Origin: Methanobacteriota archaeon
GTDB taxonomy: Archaea; Thermoplasmatota; Thermoplasmata; UBA10834
Direction: 5' to 3'
Assembly: GCA_020725925.1 (NCBI GenBank)
Contig: DYTN01000004.1
Span: 2,802-66,801 of the forward strand
DNA: 64,000 bases
Position numbers and translations under genes: made by a program. This document shows, piece by piece, positions 27,028 through 36,104 of this stretch. The notes under the pieces are model-generated. The model was given only the letters and a program-made list of their open reading frames with translations. It had not been told where the DNA came from and ran no database searches. Position 1 is the stretch's first letter. The number at the start of each line of letters is the position of its first letter.

Positions 27028-28563
27028 TTATGAAGAGTGCTCAGATAGCCTCGACTGTTTCTCCCTCTTCGCCAGCGGCTGTTTCTTCGCCTTTGGAGCT
27101 TGTGTGAATGTGGGATTGGTCTCCCTTGATGATACTGAATCAGGGCACTCAACCTTCTTGCCCTTCAATAGGTCTTCTATCGTAAGTAGCTGGATTCTCG
27201 GGTACTTCGGATTCCCAAGTTCTTTTGAAGTATAGAATCCCGCATCGGCGGCTTCAGAACGCATCTGTGGGGTGGGCTCGTTCAGACTGATCAACACGCC
27301 AATTGCAGCCTTCTCACGATCCACGACTCCATGTAGGTCTCTGACGTGGGCTGATGTTACATTGCCGGCCTTCACCGAGAATATGATTTGCTCCGACTTG
27401 GACCTCTCCACGAAGAAGTATAGGCGGCCGTCGATTCCCTTGTCAGCGCCCTTCTTCTGCTCGACGGGTCTAGCGCCTACTAGTCCGAGAGCCCACCATT
27501 GGAATTGGTATGGGTCTTGCTGGGCCAGTGCCTGCGCATCAGGTAGCGATACTGGTTCCCCAATCACCGTGTAGGATACCGTCTCTCCAAAAGCATCCTT
27601 GAGGCGATGTCTCATGAGTGTGATCGCAAGATGGGTGATATCAATTCCAATCCACTGTCTCCTCAGACGCTGGGCAACAGCAATTGTGGTCCCACAACCG
27701 CAGAACGGATCAAGCACCAAATCGCCCTCATTGCTACTCGTCGAGATAATCCGCTCAAGTAGACTTTCGGGCTTCTGAGTGGGATACCCAAGCCTCTCCT
27801 TCTTTGAGCCTGCAATGATTGATAATTCCCACACATCTCTCCGAGGCATGCCCCGAGTCTCCGCCTCCAACGTTATCTTCCTTGTTCCAGTCTCTGGGTC
27901 CAGCATCTGTGTCTTACCCTTGAACCTCTTCCAGTAGCTCTCGCTGACTGGTTCGTAGTCGACATTAAAGGTAATCGTTTGATTCGGGTCTCTCACATAG
28001 AAGAGAATCACGTCGTGCATGCGCTGATACATCTTCGAAGGCGTCGGCCACCTCCGATAGCTCCAGATGATTTCATTCTTGAAACAAGCTGGACTAAAGA
28101 CGGCATCCATAAGAATCTTGAGATGATGGCTTGCCGTTGGATCGCAATGCAGGTATATCGTCCCAGCTTGCTTGAGGACTCTCTTCATCTCGATTAGTCG
28201 GGGCGCCATCATTGATAGATAGGCGAGCATGTCGTTTGACCTGAGGATTCTTCTAAAAGCCTCCATTGTGTCTGCAAGCCTGCCGCCAAATGTGAGTGCA
28301 TCTTCGAATGCTTTGGCAGCTGCTTGGTCCCAATGCCAGGTGTCCTCAAAGGCCATGATTTGGGCTGCGGAACTGCTTCCATTGTGTTCCTTGAAAAGTA
28401 CGTTGTAATCTTGACCACTCTGAAAAGGTGGGTCAAGATAGATCAGATCAACGGTCTCGTCCTTGATGTACCGCTTGAGAATGTCGAGGTTGTCTCCGTA
28501 ATAGAGCATGTTTTCGGCTTTCCCTTCTGGCGTGTCCATCGTGTGGGAAATGGCTATTTGCAT
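27028..28563 (-). CDS. Beta-class N6-adenine/N4-cytosine DNA methyltransferase fused to a C-terminal Mrr-like restriction-endonuclease domain
   Basis: Motif IV DPPF (IYLDPPFQSGQDYN) precedes motif I (VLDPFCGCGTTIAVAQRL), which is the beta-class order. The C-terminal 150 aa carry KGADKGIDGRLYFF ... IIFSVKAGN, resembling the Mrr catalytic core (GIDG ... QxK-like). Confidence 0.7.
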   Translation of the reverse strand: MQIAISHTMDTPEGKAENMLYYGDNLDILKRYIKDETVDLIYLDPPFQSGQDYNVLFKEHNGSSSAAQIMAFEDTWHWDQAAAKAFEDALTFGGRLADTMEAFRRILRSNDMLAYLSMMAPRLIEMKRVLKQAGTIYLHCDPTASHHLKILMDAVFSPACFKNEIIWSYRRWPTPSKMYQRMHDVILFYVRDPNQTITFNVDYEPVSESYWKRFKGKTQMLDPETGTRKITLEAETRGMPRRDVWELSIIAGSKKERLGYPTQKPESLLERIISTSSNEGDLVLDPFCGCGTTIAVAQRLRRQWIGIDITHLAITLMRHRLKDAFGETVSYTVIGEPVSLPDAQALAQQDPYQFQWWALGLVGARPVEQKKGADKGIDGRLYFFVERSKSEQIIFSVKAGNVTSAHVRDLHGVVDREKAAIGVLISLNEPTPQMRSEAADAGFYTSKELGNPKYPRIQLLTIEDLLKGKKVECPDSVSSRETNPTFTQAPKAKKQPLAKREKQSRLSEHSS

Positions 28564-28788
28564 ATTAAGACAAGTGCTACCCGGAGGCTACACCGAAGGG
28601 CCATTGAGTCAATTCGCCCCAGCCCTTCTCGATCGGCAAATTCAAACCCGTTGCTTTGGCAGGCGTTCCTCTGAGTGTCATATGGTTTCTCAGTAAGTTG
28701 TACTGTATGACGAATCCGTCCAAAGCGTTCCCCGCACCGATTCTGCTTCCAAATCTTCTTACCTCCTTGAAGGAAAAGACTACTTAGG

Positions 28789-29019
28789 TTGACCTCACTA
28801 CCAGATTGGACGCTTGATATGGCAATAGTAAAGAGCCTGGGTATCACCGGTGGCGTTGTACTCGCAGTCTTCATTGCGGCGTATTTGTTTCTGCAGGCAG
28901 GGCAGTTCTTCAAAGAACTGAAGAAGGTTGGCTACGATCTTCTTGCCTTCGCTATTGTTATCGTTATTGTTGTCATAGCCGTGGTCCTGGCCATCGAATG
29001 GATGAAACACAGAAGCTGA
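28789..29019 (+). CDS. Small membrane protein with two predicted TM helices (76 aa)
   Basis: Hydrophobic stretches GGVVLAVFIAAYLFL and LLAFAIVIVIVVIAVVLAI. Confidence 0.3.
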   Translation: MTSLPDWTLDMAIVKSLGITGGVVLAVFIAAYLFLQAGQFFKELKKVGYDLLAFAIVIVIVVIAVVLAIEWMKHRS

Positions 29020-29105
29020 GTCAGGGCGGGTCGAATGCCCACCAAGGAGTCCTCCTTACTCAGCACAAGGTCCATATGGAAGAATAGAAGATACGGTAGA
29101 GCTTT

Positions 29106-29522
29106 ATGCAACTATCGCGTTATCGCACTATCGCAGGCAATTGGGAGAGGAGCGAGATGGCAAAAGCAACAATGACGATGCCCTCTGGAACAACGGTTGT
29201 GATCGAAGGCTCAGAGGGGGAAATCGAAACTATACTCCGACGAATCGATAAGGCACCTGAGAAGAGTCGCGCTCGGACAACCGAGCGATCGAAAGGCCGC
29301 AAAGGAGAGTCCGAGAAAGCTCTCGGGGACTACGTCTTGGAGCTGCGAGAGGCCGGCCTCTTCGAGAAGCCGCAAGGACTCGCCGACATCAAGAACGCTC
29401 TTCAGGCCGAAGGGCATATTGTCCCCATCACTACATTGTCAGGGGTCATGCTCAGAAGGGTCAAGAACCGCGAGCTGCGTCGATTCAAAGAAGAGAAGAC
29501 TTGGAAGTATGTCAAACGATAG
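29106..29522 (+). CDS. Small basic protein (138 aa), paralog of the next gene; probable winged-helix-like domain
   Basis: Shares the pattern LRxxGxFxxPxxxxxxxxLxxExHxxPxxxxxxxxxRxxxRxLRR with the 29562 ORF. Confidence 0.4.
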   Translation: MQLSRYRTIAGNWERSEMAKATMTMPSGTTVVIEGSEGEIETILRRIDKAPEKSRARTTERSKGRKGESEKALGDYVLELREAGLFEKPQGLADIKNALQAEGHIVPITTLSGVMLRRVKNRELRRFKEEKTWKYVKR

Positions 29523-29561
29523 AAAACGTATATCTGCACACCTAGTCTGGAGATGTGATTC

Positions 29562-29900
29562 ATGAAAGCCAAGATTGAAGTTGTTGACGGCAACGGCAGA
29601 GTCTTTGTTGGCATGACCGAACTTGTTGAGTCTACGCAGAAGCGTCGCAAACCATCGACGGGAGTGCCAACCGAAATCCGAAAAGAATTTTCACTGCCTG
29701 ACAGAATTGTTCAACTGAGGGACCAAGGTTTCTTTTCAACACCGAAGACGAGTCCAGAGGTTCATAAGGAATTAGCCAAGGAATATCACTGCGAGCCAGA
29801 TCGTGTAACCATGGCCCTAGGGCGTCTTCAGACAAGGAACCAACTTCGCAAAGCATCAGCAACGTTCGAGGACAAGAAAGTCAATGCTTACACATGGTGA
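29562..29900 (+). CDS. Small basic protein (112 aa), paralog of the previous gene
   Basis: Collinear similarity to the 29106 ORF (RIVQLRDQGFFSTPKTSPEVHKELAKEYHCEPDRVTMALGRLQTRNQLRK). Confidence 0.4.
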   Translation: MKAKIEVVDGNGRVFVGMTELVESTQKRRKPSTGVPTEIRKEFSLPDRIVQLRDQGFFSTPKTSPEVHKELAKEYHCEPDRVTMALGRLQTRNQLRKASATFEDKKVNAYTW

Positions 29901-29933
29901 AGGGTGTAGACGCACATACTACGAGAGGATTCC

Positions 29934-30737
29934 ATGGAAATAACCAAACAAGCAAGAATCGAAATGGAATCAAAGAAACTCGCAATGAAGATTCGGAATG
30001 TGAAGAGCGAACTTCCTGATATTCACTCGCTTCAGAGCCCGCTACACAAGTCACTGTGGGCACTCGCGGCAGCTAAGGAGGCAGGGGAGGACAGACCTCT
30101 GACATCGCAGAGAATGAGGATTCTTCTCGAGGTGTTCGATGTGGCAATCACGGACAGTCAGATCACAAACGCCCTGTCCAGATCCGGGGACAAGATCATC
30201 AGGAAGAATCGCGATGGAGTGCGAGGATACAAGATTGCCTTCACCGGTAAGACAGCTCTCATGAATACCGCTGGTGGGGAAGGTATCGAGGTGATATATG
30301 CAGAACCCGGCAACCGATGGAAGGCGCGAAGGCAATTGAGTGAACTTGCTGGCTCATTGAAGGGAGACCTTCTAGCTGTCGACAAGTATTATGGAGAGAG
30401 GACCCTGTACACACTCGAAACTCTAGCTAATCGCAAAGAGAATGTGCGATTCATTACATCCCATACAAGAGAGAATGCGCAGAAGCTCTCTGCGCTCTTT
30501 GGAGACCTCATGAATGCCAAGCCGAACTTGGAGGTTAGATTGTATTCCGGGAAGCATGACCTGCATGATAGGTACATCCTGTCAGACGATGCTCTTGTAC
30601 TGGTTGGTCACGGCCTCAAGGATTTGGGAGCGAGCGAGTCGTTCGTTGTTCGACTTGACACCAGGGTTGTCGGTGAACTCATGTCGCTTGTACGATGTAG
30701 TTTTGAAGATCGTTGGAGCAAATCGACTCCCATTTAG
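29934..30737 (+). CDS. Hypothetical 267-aa protein with an N-terminal wHTH-like region and a possibly divergent PLD-like (HxK to HxR) C-terminal motif
   Basis: C-terminal SGKHDLHDRYILSDDALVLVGHGLKD loosely resembles the HxKx4Dx6GSxN phospholipase-D/nuclease motif, with Arg in place of Lys and GHG in place of GSxN. The N-terminal region resembles the two small upstream proteins. Confidence 0.35.
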   Translation: MEITKQARIEMESKKLAMKIRNVKSELPDIHSLQSPLHKSLWALAAAKEAGEDRPLTSQRMRILLEVFDVAITDSQITNALSRSGDKIIRKNRDGVRGYKIAFTGKTALMNTAGGEGIEVIYAEPGNRWKARRQLSELAGSLKGDLLAVDKYYGERTLYTLETLANRKENVRFITSHTRENAQKLSALFGDLMNAKPNLEVRLYSGKHDLHDRYILSDDALVLVGHGLKDLGASESFVVRLDTRVVGELMSLVRCSFEDRWSKSTPI

Positions 30738-30845
30738 ACACATGGAAGAAGGAGAGATGTTCGTGCCGGCTGACCCCTTGAACAAAAAAAAAGAAGTTTA
30801 GCTCGGTGCTAAGATCGCGAAATTGAAATTTAGCCAATATCGAAA

Positions 30846-30866
30846 GTTCAAATCCGGCTCACTGCA
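30846..30866 (+). other. tRNA 3'-end-like fragment (GTTCAAATCCGGC TCACTGCA); possible att-site remnant at the right island boundary
   Basis: A 13-nt identity to the T-arm of tRNA-Pro (GTTCAAATCCGGC) is followed by an acceptor-3'-like tail. No upstream tRNA body is present, because the preceding CGAAAG cannot form a T-stem. Confidence 0.35.
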
Positions 30867-31264
30867 AGAAAATGACACGGAAAGGAATTGTTCCCTTCGA
30901 CTTCTTCGTATTCTAGTTATGGTGCGGTCGACCAATCCGCTTTCGATTGCAGCGGCAATCTTCCTGCGGCGCATGAATCTAGGGGTTGGTCGATTATCTC
31001 GTGTCCTAGACCTCTGCAACGATTCTAGCGCGCTAATCGGGGCCTCCCTCAGCCTTCGAACAGATCAAGCCAGTGTCTCAAGAAATGAGGGAAAAACTGC
31101 AATTTACATGAACGGTCAAAGGGGCTTATGTCCTTCACCTGGCACATTCTTGACATACTGGCTTCGTACCTCCCATAAAGGTTAATATGGGACGGCATCG
31201 TTGGTGGCGCTCACGAACAGAGCAAGGTTCCAGATCGACATTCTTATCAGAGCCAGGGGGAAGC

Positions 31265-32293
31265 ATGCTGAAGAGCGGTTTCGTGCCGAGGATTCTGTCC
31301 TGGAACACCACTAACAGATGTAATCTCAAATGCGCTCACTGCTACATGGATGCGAAGGACAGAGCGAGCACTAACGAGCTCACGACTGATGAGGGCAGGA
31401 AGCTCATAGACGAGATTTCTGAGGTTTCCAAGTGCGTCCTCGTTCTCAGCGGCGGGGAGCCGATGCTGAGAGCAGACATCTACGAACTGGCTGCTCACGC
31501 GAGATCCAAAGGACTCCGGGTCGTCATGGGCACGAATGGTACCTTGATTTCAAGAGAGGCTGCGAGGAATCTAGTCTCGGCAGGAGTATCCAGAGTCGCC
31601 ATATCCCTGGACGGGTGCGATGCGGCAATGCACGACTCGGTCAGGAGGGTTGAGGGTGCGTTCGAGGCCGCAATTGCGGGTGCGGAGGCCTGCAGGACCG
31701 CAGGTCTCGAGTTCCAGGTGAACTCGACGGTTTTCCCCCACAGCTTCAGTAGGATTCCTGACACTATCAGGACCGCGAAGAGAATCGGTGCGGCGGAGTT
31801 CCACCTGTTCTTTCTCGTCCCCACTGGTAGAGGTGTGTCCTTGAAGGACGTCGGCCCTTGGGACTACGAGAACATGCTACACCAGCTCTTGCCTCTTGAG
31901 AAGGAGGTCGGAATCCACATAAAGCCGACCTGCGCTCCGATGTACATGCGGGTATCCAAGCAGAGAGGAGGGAACGCCACAGAGAGATACTCACGGGGCT
32001 GTCTGGCCGGGATTTCGTACTGCAGGATAAGTCCGGAGGGAGGGGTTTACCCGTGCCCGTACCTGCCACTGGAGGTCGGCAGCGTTCGATCCCACAGCTT
32101 CGGAGAGATCTGGTTCAACGCACCCTTGTTCGCCGACCTGAGGAACTTCTCAAAGCTCAAGGGGAAGTGCAGAGTGTGCGAATTCAACGATATCTGCGGT
32201 GGCTGTAGGGCGCGGGCGTACGCGCTCGCTGGCGACGTTCTCGCTCCTGATCCGTGGTGCGTTCATGTGCCCAAGAGGAATCGAAATGGTTAG
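31265..32293 (+). CDS. Radical-SAM/SPASM enzyme of the AhbC/AhbD (NirJ-like) family: Fe-coproporphyrin III synthase or heme synthase
   Basis: CNLKCAHCY (CxxxCxxC) radical-SAM cluster motif and a C-terminal Cys-rich SPASM region (CRVCEFNDICGGCRARA), in an ahb/hem cluster. The start is more likely the MLKSGF methionine than the ORF-track start at 31187. Confidence 0.7.
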   Translation: MLKSGFVPRILSWNTTNRCNLKCAHCYMDAKDRASTNELTTDEGRKLIDEISEVSKCVLVLSGGEPMLRADIYELAAHARSKGLRVVMGTNGTLISREAARNLVSAGVSRVAISLDGCDAAMHDSVRRVEGAFEAAIAGAEACRTAGLEFQVNSTVFPHSFSRIPDTIRTAKRIGAAEFHLFFLVPTGRGVSLKDVGPWDYENMLHQLLPLEKEVGIHIKPTCAPMYMRVSKQRGGNATERYSRGCLAGISYCRISPEGGVYPCPYLPLEVGSVRSHSFGEIWFNAPLFADLRNFSKLKGKCRVCEFNDICGGCRARAYALAGDVLAPDPWCVHVPKRNRNG

Positions 32294-32780
32294 AGGACAT
32301 CCCGACTATCTTGACAAGAAGCTGGTCGCTGAACTCCAGCTGAGGTTTCCCCTGACAGAGAGGCCGTTCGAGGAAGTGGGGAGGCGACTTGGACTTTCGG
32401 AGGCGGAAGTGCTGAGCCGAACCCGGGAAATGATCCGCGAGGGAATCGTCCGGAGAATCGGATACATGGCGGGGAAGAGTCTTCAGAAGATGAAATCGAG
32501 CACACTCGTCGGAATGAAAGTCGAGACGGACAGAGCTGACTGGGCAGCGTCGGTCATCAGCAACTACAGAGAAGTCACCCACAACTATCTCCGAGACAAC
32601 GAACTCAATCTTTGGTTCACGGTGAGCGCATCCGACCGAGGACGTCTCGAGGACGTGGTTCGGGAAATTGTGACGAAAGTGCGGCCGCTCGACTGGATCG
32701 AGCTGCCATCCGTGAAGTCCTTCAAGCTTCTCACACCATCTGTCGGCATTTCCGAACAGGGGGTATCTTCACTTGGCTGA
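32286..32780 (+). CDS. Siroheme decarboxylase subunit (AhbA/AhbB, NirDL-like Lrp/AsnC fold)
   Basis: LDKKLVAELQLRFPLTERPFEEVGRRLGLSEAEVLSRTREMIREGIVRRIGY matches the NirD/L/G/H pattern. The ATG overlaps the upstream stop codon. Confidence 0.65.
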   Translation: MVRGHPDYLDKKLVAELQLRFPLTERPFEEVGRRLGLSEAEVLSRTREMIREGIVRRIGYMAGKSLQKMKSSTLVGMKVETDRADWAASVISNYREVTHNYLRDNELNLWFTVSASDRGRLEDVVREIVTKVRPLDWIELPSVKSFKLLTPSVGISEQGVSSLG

Positions 32781-33228
32781 CCTCACGATTCTAAGGGCAG
32801 TGGAAGACGGCATCGAGATGGTACCGAGGCCCTTCGAGGCAGCTGCGAAAAGGGCCGGCACTGACGAGGAGTCTGTGGTTCGCGAATTGAAAACTGTGCT
32901 CGAAAATGGCACGATACGCTTCTTCGGGGCGATCGTGGACCACAGAACTCTCGGGAAGCTCGTCAATGCGATGGTCGCGTGGGATGTGGAGGACAGCGCG
33001 GTAGATTCAGTCGGCAGGTCGTTCGCCGCAATCCCGATGGTCAGCCACTGTTACGAGAGGACGAGGGTTCCTGGCAAGTGGAAATACAACCTGTTCACAA
33101 TGGCTCACGCTGGGAACGAAGATGAACTCGAAGCGTTTCTCAAGGAGGGGCGTCGCCTGACGACAGGCGCAGACTGCATCGTGCTCAGGACCCTGAAAGA
33201 ATACAAGAAGACGGGGGTGAAGTTCTGA
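32773..33228 (+). CDS. Siroheme decarboxylase subunit (AhbA/AhbB), second paralog
   Basis: Same family (LTILRAVEDGIEMVPRPFEAAAKRAGTDEESVVRELKTVLENGTIRFFGA). Tandem with the previous gene. Confidence 0.65.
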   Translation: MADLTILRAVEDGIEMVPRPFEAAAKRAGTDEESVVRELKTVLENGTIRFFGAIVDHRTLGKLVNAMVAWDVEDSAVDSVGRSFAAIPMVSHCYERTRVPGKWKYNLFTMAHAGNEDELEAFLKEGRRLTTGADCIVLRTLKEYKKTGVKF

Positions 33229-33248
33229 AGTCGTCACTTGTCCCTCTG

Positions 33249-33863
33249 ATGATAGATTTCAATGGGAGGTTGGTGATCATCATCGGAGGAGGGCAGGTTG
33301 GTCTCAGGAAGGCGAGTGTCTTCTGTCGCGCAGGAGCTGATGTGCGCGTGATCAGCAAGGATTTCGCGAAGGGATTCAAGAGACTCCCCGCGAAGCTTGT
33401 GAAGGTCAGGAACTTCGAAGACCTGGGGTTGCTGAAGCATGCGTTCCTCGTGGTTGCAGCCACGAACGACCATGACCTGAACTCGCAAATCAAGCGCTCG
33501 TGCCGAGAGGCGGGAGTGATGTGCAACTCAGTGGACGACGAGGATTCAGATGTGTACCTTCCCTCAATCATCGCGCGAGGTCCCCTGACCATCTGCATAA
33601 GCACCCGTGGTGCGAGCCCAGCCCTTTCAAAGAGAGCCCGAATCATGATAGAGGAATTCATAGGGCCTGAATGGGGAAAGATGGCCGTCCTGTTGGCCGA
33701 GGCTAGAGTGATGCTCAAAAGCTCAATTGCCGCTCAGTCGTCGAGGAAGGAGGTCCTGAGTGGGATCCTCAATGACAAGGCAATATGGTCACAGCTGAGG
33801 AAAGGAGACATCGCAGGGGCGCGACGAACGATAACCAAGAGGCATCTGGAGGGAGGCAAGTGA
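33249..33863 (+). CDS. Precorrin-2 dehydrogenase / sirohydrochlorin ferrochelatase (SirC/CysG N-terminal domain-like)
   Basis: NAD-binding motif LVIIIGGGQVGLRKASVFCRAGADVRVI. At 204 aa the size is typical for SirC. Confidence 0.65.
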   Translation: MIDFNGRLVIIIGGGQVGLRKASVFCRAGADVRVISKDFAKGFKRLPAKLVKVRNFEDLGLLKHAFLVVAATNDHDLNSQIKRSCREAGVMCNSVDDEDSDVYLPSIIARGPLTICISTRGASPALSKRARIMIEEFIGPEWGKMAVLLAEARVMLKSSIAAQSSRKEVLSGILNDKAIWSQLRKGDIAGARRTITKRHLEGGK

Positions 33864-35119
33864 TTGGAGTCATAAGCGCTCACATAACGCACAGATGGGT
33901 CGACATCAAGAAGCTCGAGTTGTACGCAGCGAAGGAGGCAAGATCCCTACTCTCGTCAATAAAGGACCTCGATTCGGTGTGCGAGTGTGCTCTGCTCAAG
34001 ACGTGCAACAGGGTGGAGATATATGTTGCGACCACAAACCCCGAAAGGACCAAAGCTGCACTCGAAGCAATGATTCTCAATTTCGTCGAGGGTTCTGAGA
34101 GAAACCATGTTCAGTTCCTCTCCTCGACGGGCTCTGTCAGGCACCTCGCAAGGGTCACCAGCGGGCTCGACAGCATGATCGTGGGCGAGGACCAGATTCT
34201 TGCACAGGTGAAAGAGGCCTACGAGTTCGGGATCAAGGAGGGCACGATCGGTAAGACATTGGGGGAGGTTTTCCGAAAGGCGATCAGCATCGGGAAGAAG
34301 GTCAGAACAGAGACTGGTGTGAACAAGGGTGGCGTGTCGATCGGGTCTGCAGCTGTCGAACTGGCCAATGGGCTGCTCTCGTCGCTCCAGAACCGTACCA
34401 TACTCGTTGTCGGTGCGGGAGAAGTCTCCAGACTAGTGGCCAGGTCCCTCGCAAGTCACAATGTCAAGGCAATTTTCGTGGCCAACAGAACCTACGACGC
34501 CGCCGAGCAACTAGCCGCTGAACTCGGTGGAGAAGCAGTCCACTTCGACAGGCTCCCTGAGCGCCTTAGGATGAGCGACGTCGTGATCTGTGGAACCTCT
34601 GCGCCACATGTTGTCATTGACAAATCGGATCTAGTTCGTGCATTCGGCCCCGCTGGTCCAGCAACCCCTCTCCTGATGATCGACATAAGCAACCCCAGGA
34701 ACATCAGCGAGGATGTCCTTGAGCTGCCGAACGTCCAGCTTCACGACATGGACGGCCTCAAAGAGGTTGCGGAGAGGAATGAGGAACGAAGGAAGAATGA
34801 AATCGAGAGGGCCGAAAAGACGATTGACTCGGAACTCGAGCTGATGAAGTCCAGGTTCGAGGAAAGGAGAGACTCCGAGGAGACAGTCCGACTCCTCCAC
34901 ACATATGTGGGCCGGATAAGGGAATCCGAGTATGCAAAAGCAGTGAATAAGCTCAACGGTGTCGACGAGCGCCAGAAGAAGGTGATGTACGATATGCTGA
35001 TGTCCGTCACGAAAAAGATCCTCGCCGAACCCACGGAGAGCCTCAAGGAAGCCTCCAAGAACGGAGAGCAGGAACTCATCGATGCAACGGAGAAGCTCTT
35101 CAAGCTCAGGAGGAGATGA
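33860..35119 (+). CDS. hemA: Glutamyl-tRNA reductase
   Basis: Catalytic Cys motif LLKTCNRVEIY, NADPH-binding LVVGAGEVSRLVARSL, and a C-terminal dimerisation helix. A GTG start at 33860 overlaps the sirC stop codon (the ORF track is open from 33785). Confidence 0.8.
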   Translation: MIGVISAHITHRWVDIKKLELYAAKEARSLLSSIKDLDSVCECALLKTCNRVEIYVATTNPERTKAALEAMILNFVEGSERNHVQFLSSTGSVRHLARVTSGLDSMIVGEDQILAQVKEAYEFGIKEGTIGKTLGEVFRKAISIGKKVRTETGVNKGGVSIGSAAVELANGLLSSLQNRTILVVGAGEVSRLVARSLASHNVKAIFVANRTYDAAEQLAAELGGEAVHFDRLPERLRMSDVVICGTSAPHVVIDKSDLVRAFGPAGPATPLLMIDISNPRNISEDVLELPNVQLHDMDGLKEVAERNEERRKNEIERAEKTIDSELELMKSRFEERRDSEETVRLLHTYVGRIRESEYAKAVNKLNGVDERQKKVMYDMLMSVTKKILAEPTESLKEASKNGEQELIDATEKLFKLRRR

Positions 35120-35120
35120 A

Positions 35121-36101
35121 GTGTTCCCAAAGACAAGGCTCAGAAGGACCCGCAGCACACCCGAGCTCAGAGCGCTGGTGCGGGAAACCGAGGTCTTCCC
35201 AGGAGATCTTGTCTATCCGATGTTTGTGGACGAGACAATCTCGATCCCGAGACCTATACCTTCGATGCCCGGGATATTCTCATATCCGCTCAGGAGATTC
35301 GTTGCAGAGGCGGAGCGGGCGGAATCGCTCGGCGTGCCCGCAGTGATGATCTTCGGCGTCCCGAAGAAGAAGGATCCCCTCGGAAGACAGGCGTATGCTC
35401 GCGAAGGCATAGTCCAGAGATCCCTCAGGAAACTCGACGAGCGCACAAACCTGATACTCATAGCCGATCTGTGCCTCTGCGAGTATACCAGTCACGGTCA
35501 CTGCGGTGTGGTGATCGATGGACGAGTGCATAATGACAAGACGCTTGACCTGTATGGCAGGACGGCGGTCTCCCAGGCAGAGGCAGGAGCTGATGTAATT
35601 GCTCCCAGCGGCATGATGGACGGGATGGTGTCCGCCATCAGAGCCGCTTTGGACGATGCCGGTTTTGAGCAGACACCAATCATGTCATACAGCGCGAAAT
35701 TTGCATCCTCGTTCTACGGGCCTTTCAGGGACGCAGCCTCTTCGGCACCAGCCTTCGGTGACCGGCGCTCCCACCAGATGGACGGCTGCAATCTCCGCGA
35801 GGCCATCAGGGAGATCGAGCTGGACATTGCTGAGGGGGCGGACATAGTCATGGTCAAGCCCGCTCTGCCGTACTTGGACGTGATCAGAGAGGCGAGGAGG
35901 TCCTTCACGGTGCCTCTCGCCGCATACTGCGTGAGCGGAGAGTACGCGATGCTGAAGGCTGCCGCGTCTAGTGGTTATCTCGACTACGACGCTGTTCTGA
36001 AGGAGACCTTGTTGTCCATCAGACGGGCAGGGGCGGACATCATAGTCACGTACTCTGCCCTGGACTTCGCTGAGAAGAAGCATAAGGAAGAAAGAGGGTG
36101 A
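35121..36101 (+). CDS. hemB: Porphobilinogen synthase (delta-aminolevulinic acid dehydratase)
   Basis: A family-typical N-terminus RLRRTRSTPELRALVRETEV, the active-site motif VKPALPYLD, and a metal-binding Cys cluster CLCEYTSHGHCG. A GTG start follows the hemA stop codon. Confidence 0.8.
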   Translation: MFPKTRLRRTRSTPELRALVRETEVFPGDLVYPMFVDETISIPRPIPSMPGIFSYPLRRFVAEAERAESLGVPAVMIFGVPKKKDPLGRQAYAREGIVQRSLRKLDERTNLILIADLCLCEYTSHGHCGVVIDGRVHNDKTLDLYGRTAVSQAEAGADVIAPSGMMDGMVSAIRAALDDAGFEQTPIMSYSAKFASSFYGPFRDAASSAPAFGDRRSHQMDGCNLREAIREIELDIAEGADIVMVKPALPYLDVIREARRSFTVPLAAYCVSGEYAMLKAAASSGYLDYDAVLKETLLSIRRAGADIIVTYSALDFAEKKHKEERG

Positions 36102-36104
36102 GCG

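Larger units (their letters stand above)
20250..31190. mobile_element. Low-GC genomic island carrying defence genes (probable horizontally acquired defence island)
   Basis: A compositional shift from more than 60% GC to about 45-50% GC (by eye) coincides with a run of nuclease, methyltransferase, HEPN and peptidase genes. An imperfect direct repeat GCG(G/A)AATTGAA(A)TTT sits at 20388-20402 and 30817-30831. A tRNA 3'-end-like fragment lies at 30846-30866. Confidence 0.5.
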
